IMG/VR virus record: IMGVR_UViG_3300034062_004313
Span: 1 to 64,000 of that record
DNA from: a virus
Length of the DNA stretch: 64,000 bases
Strand: one strand, 5' to 3'
The stretch's first letter is position 1. The number at the start of each line of letters is the position of its first letter. Below the pieces are notes generated by a model, which was not told the DNA's origin, did no database searches, and saw nothing but the letters and a program-made list of their open reading frames with translations. Positions 1 through 8,256 of the stretch are shown here, one piece after another. Both the position numbers and the translations under genes were made by a program.

Positions 1-2
1 AT

Positions 3-1175
3 GCGTGGTCATCTGCTTTTGCGCGAAATCAGGCAGCATTTGGAAGCAGGCAAGGTTTACTTTTCTTTTCAAATAATGCGTTATTAACTGGTGGAACTTC
101 GCCGATTGATTTTTATCCCGGTGGCGGGTTAGAATCGCAGCGTTTTGTAAGAATGAAAAACTTTGGTATGGCTATGAATAGCGCAGGCACCACAGCCGAC
201 CCGGTGGCAAGCGCAATACTTGACATGAATAGCACCACAAAAGGTTTTCTTCCACCTCGTCTAACAACTACACAACGTAATACAATCGCAACACCAGCAA
301 CAGGGTTACAAATATATAACACAACAACAGGTAGTCCTGAGTTTTATAATGGCTCATCTTGGATTAGCAATGGATTAATTACCGTAGGAGCAGTTGGAGC
401 AGGAACTGCAAATGCTTTAACTGCCGCTGGTACTACAGTAACTGCTCATGTAGCTACAGTTACAACACCCGGAGTAATAACAATGCCTAATGCAATACAT
501 AGTGGAAGCGGCCAATATCCCGTATTACTTCAAGATGGAAATAACATAATACGAGATAACGATGCTTTAAGAATAAGAACAGCAGATAATTTGATTTTGG
601 GTAATGGTACTTTTGATTTTGCTGGTAGCATTTTTGGGAATTTATTCCAACTAAAAACTGGTGGAACACATAGTTTTAATACAAGTACAACAACAAATCC
701 CGTTCTTACAAGTACTGCGGGTCTTATAACTTCAAGAACTGCTTACGAATTTAATAATAGCGTAGGTATTGGATGGGTAGGTATTCCAAATGCAACCCAT
801 AATATTACTGAATTAAGAGGCAATAGTTTATTAGTTAATAATAATAGCTCAGTTTATATAATAGGTGCATTTGCAAGTGCTGTACCTGTAACATCAACAG
901 AAATAGTACTAAGACCCGGTGGGTTACAATCACACGGTAATATTGCAAAATTTAATCTTGGTGGGGCTTTAATTGAAAGTGGTGGAAATGGTACAATTGC
1001 ACCAACTTCTATATTAGATGTAAGAAGCACTACACAAGGCTTTTTACCACCAAGGATGACAACTGCCCAAAGAACAGGTATCATATCACCTGCTGAGGGT
1101 TTAATAGTTTATGATTTAACCCTACGCAAATTATTTGTTTATACCTCAACGTGGGAAATGATAACAAGTTTATAA
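3..1175 (+). CDS. Tail fibre / receptor-binding-like protein (5' end outside window)
   Basis: Frame is open from position 3, in frame with ATG 153. Gly/Thr/Asn-rich beta-type sequence with two copies of the Bacteroidota motif SAILDxxSTTxGFLPPRxTTxQRxxIxxPAxGLxxY. Lies immediately upstream of lysis genes. Confidence 0.7.
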   Translation, partial: AWSSAFARNQAAFGSRQGLLFFSNNALLTGGTSPIDFYPGGGLESQRFVRMKNFGMAMNSAGTTADPVASAILDMNSTTKGFLPPRLTTTQRNTIATPATGLQIYNTTTGSPEFYNGSSWISNGLITVGAVGAGTANALTAAGTTVTAHVATVTTPGVITMPNAIHSGSGQYPVLLQDGNNIIRDNDALRIRTADNLILGNGTFDFAGSIFGNLFQLKTGGTHSFNTSTTTNPVLTSTAGLITSRTAYEFNNSVGIGWVGIPNATHNITELRGNSLLVNNNSSVYIIGAFASAVPVTSTEIVLRPGGLQSHGNIAKFNLGGALIESGGNGTIAPTSILDVRSTTQGFLPPRMTTAQRTGIISPAEGLIVYDLTLRKLFVYTSTWEMITSL

Positions 1176-1224
1176 ATTAAAACTAAGATATACGTATCTT
1201 TACAAACAAACAAAAACAAATATT

Positions 1225-1473
1225 ATGAAACAACAAAACGGATTTATCGGATTTAGCGGATTTCTAATTATGGTAGCATTTTTAGCACCATCATTCGGAA
1301 CAGCAATTTTAATTGATTCAGCATGGGCTGGATTGGTAGGTTTAGTATCAGCAGTTGCATTTTATGCAGTTAGTAAATCTAAAAAGTGGGATAGCGGTCT
1401 TACTTATTTATTAACAGGTGTAAATGCAATAGTAGGAATGGGAAAAATCGTCTACGAATTATTTATTAAATGA
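1225..1473 (+). CDS. Small multi-TM membrane protein, holin-like
   Basis: 82 aa with about three hydrophobic segments, two genes upstream of the endolysin. Confidence 0.5.
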   Translation: MKQQNGFIGFSGFLIMVAFLAPSFGTAILIDSAWAGLVGLVSAVAFYAVSKSKKWDSGLTYLLTGVNAIVGMGKIVYELFIK

Positions 1474-1952
1474 AAACATTAATAATTAAAAAGGGTAATC
1501 ACTACAGTACGTTTTATACTTTTCTAAAATTCTTCCCTTGGATAGCAATTAATAAGAATGAATTAAAAATTACTATAGAGATTACCCCAGAGATGATTTC
1601 TGTTAGTACAGAGAAAGACTGTATTAAAGATAGCAATAAAATATTTGGTTTAAATAAAGATTTATTCTCACATCATCACAAAGACAGTTTTAGAATATCC
1701 TACATAACACACCCTAAAGGTACATTAAATGGTATTGATTATGATTGTGTACAATTCGTAGAATATGATTATATAAATAGTGTGAGAATAAGTAATGAAT
1801 TAACTGGATATTATAAAGTAGGGGATATAGCGGTAATTAATCACAAGCTCCCATACACCATAAAAATTGGTAGAAAATTATTTCCCTATCATGGAGGTAC
1901 ATGTGTAGCTAAACATGATATAATACTTAAATGTAAAATTGAATACTTATGA
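1470..1952 (+). CDS. Hypothetical phage protein
   Basis: 160 aa ORF joined to both neighbours by ATGA-type overlaps. Confidence 0.7.
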   Translation: MKTLIIKKGNHYSTFYTFLKFFPWIAINKNELKITIEITPEMISVSTEKDCIKDSNKIFGLNKDLFSHHHKDSFRISYITHPKGTLNGIDYDCVQFVEYDYINSVRISNELTGYYKVGDIAVINHKLPYTIKIGRKLFPYHGGTCVAKHDIILKCKIEYL

Positions 1953-2410
1953 TAAATTCTTTAGACCTTTTAAAAAAATATGGTAAACCTTGTGATGCAA
2001 CTAATCAAGTTCAAATAACTCTACCATACCCAATGCGTCTTGCTTGGAATAAAGAGAAAAGAACAAATAAAGTTACAGTACACAAACTTATTGCTAAAAA
2101 CTTTGAGAACGTTTTCAAAGATATATTAGCTCACTATGGATTACCAAAAATTCAAGAATTGGGTATAGACTTATTTGGTGGTACATTTAATTGTAGAAAA
2201 ATGCGTGGTGGTACAGCAATGTCAAAACATGCATGGTCAGTAGCAATTGATTTACATCCTGAAGCTAATGCTTTAAAAACTCCATTTAAAGATGCTTTGT
2301 TCTCAAAACCAGAATATAATAAATTACATGAAATATTTGAAAAACATGGATTTATTAATCTCGGAAAAGTTAAGAATATGGATGCTATGCATTGGGAGAT
2401 AGCAAATTAA
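1949..2410 (+). CDS. Endolysin, peptidase M15 family
   Basis: Motifs GGTFNCR...MSKHAWSVAIDL...DAMHWE give the Zn ligands H, D and H. Confidence 0.88.
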   Translation: MINSLDLLKKYGKPCDATNQVQITLPYPMRLAWNKEKRTNKVTVHKLIAKNFENVFKDILAHYGLPKIQELGIDLFGGTFNCRKMRGGTAMSKHAWSVAIDLHPEANALKTPFKDALFSKPEYNKLHEIFEKHGFINLGKVKNMDAMHWEIAN

Positions 2411-2411
2411 A

Positions 2412-2443
2412 TTTGGTAATCTCAATAATATTTTGTATAATAC
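2412..2443 (+). promoter_or_regulatory. Putative Bacteroidota-type promoter variant
   Basis: TTTG-N20-TATAATAC in the intergenic gap. Confidence 0.45.
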
Positions 2444-2459
2444 AATATAAAACATTCTT

Positions 2460-2492
2460 ATGAAAAAGAAAGGTAAGAAAAAAGGTTGTTAA
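2460..2492 (+). CDS. Putative 10-aa basic micropeptide MKKKGKKKGC
   Basis: ATG...TAA directly after the promoter-like element; not in the ORF track. Confidence 0.35.
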   Translation: MKKKGKKKGC

Positions 2493-2534
2493 GGTTTATA
2501 CGTATAACCTGTAGAAAACGTAAAAATTTATATT

Positions 2535-3080
2535 ATGGCAAAGAAGACCTATTTACACAGAGGGTTAACTGTAAAAAGAACCGATGAACAAGCAAGAGAA
2601 CAAAATCTATTTGATTTAGAAAGGTATTGGAAAGAAACTGCCAATAAACTTTTCGTTCCATTTTCAGATACTTGCGATGAAGCATGTCCTGTACCTGTAG
2701 GACAACCAGTTAGAGTATTAGCAGATGTGTTAGAAACATATGATGGTACAGAATGGGTAGATTTAAATTCAGTAGCAGATGCAGTAACAACAACTCAAGC
2801 AACTTCTAAAACTACAGCAGTAGTAGCAAATGGTGCTAAAGGAGTTATAACAACTGTAGCTTTAGATGATGCAGCAGGTGCATATTTTCAATTTACATTA
2901 ACAAATTCGAGTATTATACCTACATCAGTTATTCAATTAACTGGATTAAATTCTGGAACTGGTCAATTGGCAGTATCATTAGTATCAATTGGTACAGGAA
3001 GTGCTGTTATTAGAGTGGGCAATGCTGATAATTCTGAAGCTTTTAATAGTTTAGTAAAAATTCATTTTAATATATCATGA
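2535..3080 (+). CDS. Putative virion structural (fibre/decoration-like) protein
   Basis: C-terminal Thr/Ala/Val-rich beta domain (TQATSKTTAVVAN...FTLTNSSI) of a kind seen in phage structural proteins; late-module context. Confidence 0.5.
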   Translation: MAKKTYLHRGLTVKRTDEQAREQNLFDLERYWKETANKLFVPFSDTCDEACPVPVGQPVRVLADVLETYDGTEWVDLNSVADAVTTTQATSKTTAVVANGAKGVITTVALDDAAGAYFQFTLTNSSIIPTSVIQLTGLNSGTGQLAVSLVSIGTGSAVIRVGNADNSEAFNSLVKIHFNIS

Positions 3081-3217
3081 AACTAAGACAACTTAAAAAA
3101 GTAACAGTTAAAAATTCGTGTGGTGGACAGGGATGTGCTTACAAACCTTATTACGCACCAATGGGCATAAAAAGAATTGCTCTTGGAAATAAAAATTTGG
3201 TTAAGAAGATTGCATAA
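3077..3217 (+). CDS. Small basic protein (46 aa)
   Basis: MKLRQLKKVTVKNSCGGQGCAYKPYY...; ATGA overlap with the upstream stop; below the ORF-track cutoff. Confidence 0.55.
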   Translation: MKLRQLKKVTVKNSCGGQGCAYKPYYAPMGIKRIALGNKNLVKKIA

Positions 3218-3227
3218 CATATCTTTG
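3196..3227 (+). promoter_or_regulatory. Bacteroidota primary-sigma promoter
   Basis: Exact TTTG-N20-TATCTTTG (-33/-7 consensus TTTG / TAnnTTTG). Confidence 0.7.
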
Positions 3228-3246
3228 TAATCTAAAATTTTAAAAT

Positions 3247-3438
3247 ATGAATGAACAATTAAAACAGTTTGACTTAGTACAGTTAAAAGCATTTGCGTAT
3301 GATGCTTCAGTAAATATGCAAGGATTACAGCAACAATTACAAATTCTAAATCAAGAAATTCAAACAAGATTAAAACTTGAATCTGAACAGAAACAAGTAA
3401 AAGAACCTGCTGAATTAACAATTGTAGAAGAAGATTAA
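3247..3438 (+). CDS. Small coiled-coil protein
   Basis: 63 aa, Q/L heptad-like pattern. Confidence 0.6.
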   Translation: MNEQLKQFDLVQLKAFAYDASVNMQGLQQQLQILNQEIQTRLKLESEQKQVKEPAELTIVEED

Positions 3439-3449
3439 AAAATAAAATA

Positions 3450-4253
3450 ATGTATATAGAGGCTGTTATAGTTTGTGTAAATTACTCTGATTTTTTAAGT
3501 CATACTTTGCCGACCAATAAGCATTTGTTCAACAAAGTGGTGGTGGTAACGGACACGAAAGACAATAATACAAAAAAGGTATGTGACTTACATAATGTAT
3601 TGTGCATACAAACTGATACAATATATACATCAGATAGCAAAATTCCAAACAAAGGAGTTGCAATTAATGCAGGATTAGAAGCCTTAGATAAAAAAGGATG
3701 GGTAGTACAGCTTGATGCTGATATTTATCTACCAACATTAACAAGAACTATTTTAGAAAGCTATCCACTGAATGTAAATTATCTTTATAGTATTGATAGA
3801 CTTATGTGTAATAGTTATGAAGATTGGTATAATTATATGCACCACAATAAAAAACCTGTCCATGAGGGTTGGATTTATCTGCATACTGATATTTTTTCAA
3901 TCGGCACAAGAATGGTGCAGTATCATGGTGACGGATATTGGCCTATTGGTTATTTTCAAATGTGGAATCCAAATCACACTTTAATTAACAGATATCCACA
4001 AGCAGAAGGTTATGATAGGAGCGATGTCCAGTTTTTAAAGCTATGGAAAAGAGCAGAAAGACATTTGATACCTGATTTACTTTGTATCCATCTGGCCAGT
4101 GATTCACACACAATGGGACAAAATTGGAAAGGTAGAAGTACCCCAATGTTTGCACCTGTAGTTGAACCCGGACGTTTTGAAATGTTTATCCAAAAAATAA
4201 AAATGTTTATGCGAAAAATATTTAAAAATAGAAAATTTAAAAAATGTTACTAA
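3450..4253 (+). CDS. Glycosyltransferase, GT-A fold (GT2-like)
   Basis: N-terminal VIVCVNY, NKGxAINAG, DxD motif VQLDADIY, GYFQ, late D motif; basic amphipathic C-terminus. Confidence 0.75.
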   Translation: MYIEAVIVCVNYSDFLSHTLPTNKHLFNKVVVVTDTKDNNTKKVCDLHNVLCIQTDTIYTSDSKIPNKGVAINAGLEALDKKGWVVQLDADIYLPTLTRTILESYPLNVNYLYSIDRLMCNSYEDWYNYMHHNKKPVHEGWIYLHTDIFSIGTRMVQYHGDGYWPIGYFQMWNPNHTLINRYPQAEGYDRSDVQFLKLWKRAERHLIPDLLCIHLASDSHTMGQNWKGRSTPMFAPVVEPGRFEMFIQKIKMFMRKIFKNRKFKKCY

Positions 4254-4347
4254 ATAATTTTTAGGTGCTTAGTGATATTTTTTTACATTTGATAAAATAT
4301 TTTTTGAAATGACATTTCCTGAAAAACAGTAATAACTCTTAAAAAGT

Positions 4348-4378
4348 AAAAGAAAGGATAGCAATGCTATCCTTTTTT
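4348..4378. terminator. Bidirectional intrinsic terminator between the convergent + and - modules
   Basis: AAAGGATAGC-AAT-GCTATCCTTT hairpin flanked by A and T tracts. Confidence 0.85.
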
Positions 4379-4379
4379 A

Positions 4380-4688
4380 TTATAGTAACTTCAACTCTTT
4401 ATAGATATAAGTTTCCTTCAATTGATTTATCATTTCCCAATTATCTAAATCCTTTTTATTATATCCTTTAGCAAATGCTAAACTTTCAGCTTTTTCTCTC
4501 CATGCTAAATATTCTTCTTCAGAATCTATAGTGTATACATTATAATAATACTCACTTCTATCTTTTCCCTTCTTATCCTTTATAGTTATTAATAAATCAG
4601 GAGACTCTTTTCTGATGTCCTGAATTGTTATGTTATGTCTTTTAAGAGCTAAGTTACTCAATTCATCTGAAAGTCTTGTATCAATCAT
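4380..4688 (-). CDS. Hypothetical protein
   Basis: Last ORF of the minus-strand unit before the terminator. Confidence 0.6.
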   Translation of the reverse strand: MIDTRLSDELSNLALKRHNITIQDIRKESPDLLITIKDKKGKDRSEYYYNVYTIDSEEEYLAWREKAESLAFAKGYNKKDLDNWEMINQLKETYIYKELKLL

Positions 4689-4739
4689 ACTCTATTTTTA
4701 TTTAATAGAGTCTTACGATACTGAATAAATCCTTTGAAG

Positions 4740-5072
4740 TTACCTGACTGATTTTTGCTGTCTGTAATTATTCTTGCGTTTATTTTCATAATACACTGTT
4801 TTTACAAGCCCATCTAACTGTATGATAAGTATCATATCTTCTTGAGAGCTATATTTGATTTTTATTTTTAATTTAATTCGTTTTTCTTCATTCTTCTCCC
4901 ACCAAACTACACTATTTTTAGTTAATTTTATGTTATTTGGTTTAACTTGTAAACACCCTTTACATCTTTCTTCAATTCTTAATAGTGCATGGGGTGAATA
5001 ATTTAATTGTATCCACTTACCTTTAAGGAAGTTTGGTAAATATGTTTGTTTCATACTACTTTCAATCCCCAC
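4740..5072 (-). CDS. Hypothetical protein, possible DUF4258/RelE-like RNase fold
   Basis: YSPHALLRIEER motif and C-terminal VKTVY. Confidence 0.35.
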   Translation of the reverse strand: MGIESSMKQTYLPNFLKGKWIQLNYSPHALLRIEERCKGCLQVKPNNIKLTKNSVVWWEKNEEKRIKLKIKIKYSSQEDMILIIQLDGLVKTVYYENKRKNNYRQQKSVR

Positions 5073-6561
5073 ATTAAATCAAACCAAGAAAATTCTTTTT
5101 CTGCTCCTTCTTTAGTTATTCTTAATGTTTTTTTTATTAATGGAATAGCCCATTTTTTAAATATTTCATACTCTTCTTGAGTCCATGTATAGTACATAAA
5201 CCATTCTATATCTCCTATTTTTTGATTTTCTTTAATATCATCATAATTAACTGCATGTTTCTCTAACATTTTATTAATTAGTTCTTTAACTAATTTCTCT
5301 TTTTTCTCCATAATCTTTAATTAATTTATCAAATTCTTCAATTGTTTTAGGGTAATGATGTGTTTGATTTAACCAAACGCTAAACCCATCACTATTCAAA
5401 TACAACGTTGGATAACCTTTAGATGTATAACTATATCCTTCATAGTAATTATAACTATAATTATACTTTTTTACAATCTTATCAAATTCTGTCATATATC
5501 TAACATTTTACTTAATAAATCAAACTCTTCTTTTGTTTTACAATCAAATTTAAAAGGATGTGTCCAACTATCATAATCTCCTAATGTATGATTATCTCCT
5601 ACATGATAATATCTAATTTCTAACGGAGAAAAGTAAGTACCACTTTTAAAATAACTAATAAACCACTTTCTTTTATTCTTATCTGTTTTAAAGAAACTAT
5701 AAGCTCTTCCATTAGGAGAAGGGCTTTCTTCAATCCAACCTTTTACAAATAAAAAATATCTATGGTCTAAATCATATTTACTCTGGTCTTTTGACAAATC
5801 CTGCATTCCATTTTCTTCCTGTAAGTCTTTCATATTGTTCTTTATAGTATCTAAATTTAATTACATCTTCTTCTGTAGTAGCAAAATAACTACTTGCCGC
5901 CCATGTACACAACATATAATAAGGAATAGAATCTTCTGCCCATATTATATGGTCTGAATATAATCTAAGGCTTTTAAAAACATACTCTTCTGAAACTTGT
6001 CCCTTTTCTAATATTTCATTATTATAATCCATTTCTTTTTGATTATAAATATAAATTTGCCAATGAGTACGTAATTCAGTAAATTTTTTAAAATACACTT
6101 GAGTATTCTCAAACTTAATCCACCCTTGTTCTTTTAAATATCTTTCAAATTTATTTAATTCTATCATATACTCTCTTTTTATCTGTGGCAGGAAGATATT
6201 TCCTACGTAATTTTTCACAATCTTCAATTAATCCATTCATGTAATCTTTCCATTTTTGAGAAGGTTTACCACGTTTATTAGCTTGTTCTTCAAAACCCTG
6301 TTCTATCTTATCAAAGTAATCCGTTACATAGATAGATGAAAAGGGGAGAATTTCTTCATCCCCTTCCAAATCTTCATTATACAATTTCAATTTTTTCATG
6401 TTTACAAATATCATGTCTATAAAAAGACATAATTGTTTTATCGTACCTATATTTTATAAGATTATAAACTTCTCCTTTTTTAATAGATTTGTTACATACA
6501 GCACATTCTCTATTTCTTAGACTCTTTGGAGATTTTTCATACATTATATTCTTAATCATAA

Positions 6562-6999
6562 TTAATTTGTTGAACCAAATCCTCCAGTTCCTCTATCAGA
6601 TTCAGATAATTCTTCTACTTCTTCAAATTCAATAGGTGGATATGGTAGAATAATAATTTGCCCTATTCTTTCTCCTACTTCATAAGGTTTTTTATATTCT
6701 TTATTAGAAGGAGCAACCATAGAAGGTTTGAATTTAAAAAATACTTCTCCTCTGTAGCTCGAATCCAGAACACCAACACTATTGCTTAATATCAAACTTT
6801 TTTTACAATTACTACTTCTTGGAAAGAGAAGTCCTACAAACCCTTTTGGGATTTCAAATGCTAACCCTACCCCATAAGAATAATTTCCATCATCATCCAT
6901 TTTAATACTTGTAGCAGTTAAATCCATTCCAGCATCTCCTTCTTTAGCATAAGATGGTAAAACACTATTCGGAAATAATTTCTTTATTTTCACTTTCAT
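6562..6999 (-). CDS. dut: dUTPase (trimeric)
   Basis: [24 protein letters not shown] and RGTGGFGST motifs. Confidence 0.97.
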   Translation of the reverse strand: MKVKIKKLFPNSVLPSYAKEGDAGMDLTATSIKMDDDGNYSYGVGLAFEIPKGFVGLLFPRSSNCKKSLILSNSVGVLDSSYRGEVFFKFKPSMVAPSNKEYKKPYEVGERIGQIIILPYPPIEFEEVEELSESDRGTGGFGSTN

Positions 7000-8101
7000 C
7001 TTCTAATATTAATTCGTTAACTAATTCATTTGTTAATTCTACTTCTACTACTTGCTCTAATAATTTTTCATCTATGGTAGGATTTAAAACTTCCAAGGTT
7101 TTTATTTTAATTTCTTCAAATAATTCTGGATTATCTGCAAGTAATTGCATTACAGAATCAATACCTTGTCCTATTTTATTCTCTTCATAGGAAAACCAAG
7201 AACCTGACTTTTTAACTACATTATTATCAACAGCCAAATTAATAAGTTCATCAAATTTATCAATTCCTGTTCCGAATACTAAATTAAATTCAGCTTGTCT
7301 GAATGGTGGAGCCACTTTATTCTTAATAACTTTAACTCTAACTTTATTTGATACAGCTTCTTCTCCATCTTTATTAGTTGTCACCTTTCTAATATCCATT
7401 CTAACAGATGCAAAAAACTTCAAAGCATTTCCACCAGAAGTTGTTTCTGGATTTCCAAACATTACACCAATCTTTTCACGAATTTGATTTGTGAATATTA
7501 CTAATGTATTAGATTTTTCAACATCGGCAGTGAGTATTCTCATGGCTTGAGACATCATTCTTGCTTGTTTACTCACTCCTACATCACCAATCTCACCTTC
7601 AAGTTCTGATTTTGGAACTAATGCTGCTACACTATCTATAACCACTACATCAAAATCACCACTTTTAATAAGTTGTCTTGCTATCTCAAGAGCTTGTTCA
7701 CCATAATCAGGTTGTGATATTTCAAGCCTATTTAAATCAACTCCCATAGATTGCATATATCCCAAATCTAAAGCATGTTCTGCATCTACAAAAGCACAAT
7801 AAGAATTGCTATCTAAAGCATGAGCTTGTGCTATAACAGATTGACATATGGTAGTTTTACCACTTGATTCTGGACCATATATTTCTACAATACGACCCTT
7901 TGGTAATCCACCAATTCCAAGAGCTTTATCTAATCCAATAGAACCTGTTGATATAGATGCTATAATCATAGGTTTATCAGTTGCTCCTATAAGGGTTCCT
8001 TTTCCAAAATCTTTTTCCATTCGAAGCTTTAAAGCTTCAATTCGTTTAGCTTTTGTATCAGCTAATACTGTATTTTCTTCTGTCTTTTTTGGTCTTGCCA
8101 T
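6965..8101 (-). CDS. recA: RecA recombinase
   Basis: [46 protein letters not shown]. Confidence 0.98.
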   Translation of the reverse strand: MARPKKTEENTVLADTKAKRIEALKLRMEKDFGKGTLIGATDKPMIIASISTGSIGLDKALGIGGLPKGRIVEIYGPESSGKTTICQSVIAQAHALDSNSYCAFVDAEHALDLGYMQSMGVDLNRLEISQPDYGEQALEIARQLIKSGDFDVVVIDSVAALVPKSELEGEIGDVGVSKQARMMSQAMRILTADVEKSNTLVIFTNQIREKIGVMFGNPETTSGGNALKFFASVRMDIRKVTTNKDGEEAVSNKVRVKVIKNKVAPPFRQAEFNLVFGTGIDKFDELINLAVDNNVVKKSGSWFSYEENKIGQGIDSVMQLLADNPELFEEIKIKTLEVLNPTIDEKLLEQVVEVELTNELVNELILEDESENKEIISE

Positions 8102-8120
8102 ATTTTAATTTTTCTTTTCA

Positions 8121-8151
8121 CAAATTTACAAAATAAAATCCATCTCCCAAA
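8121..8151 (-). promoter_or_regulatory. Bacteroidota-type promoter for recA-dut
   Basis: Minus strand TTTG-N19-TAAATTTG, overlapping the upstream terminator hairpin. Confidence 0.65.
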
Positions 8152-8168
8152 TATATGAGAGATGGATT
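8131..8168 (-). terminator. Intrinsic terminator downstream of nrdJ
   Basis: AATCCATCTC/GAGATGGATT stem followed by a U-rich tract on the minus strand. Confidence 0.6.
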
Positions 8169-8256
8169 AGGTTAATAATATGTTACTATCTATTTGCTTT
8201 TATAGCATTATAAATAGAGTTAACAATATTCTGAACTATATTATCATGATTCATAA

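Noticed and set aside
200-1170. Diversity-generating retroelement TR/VR pair in the tail fibre
   Set aside because: The two repeat copies differ at all base types, not only adenines, and no reverse transcriptase is in the window
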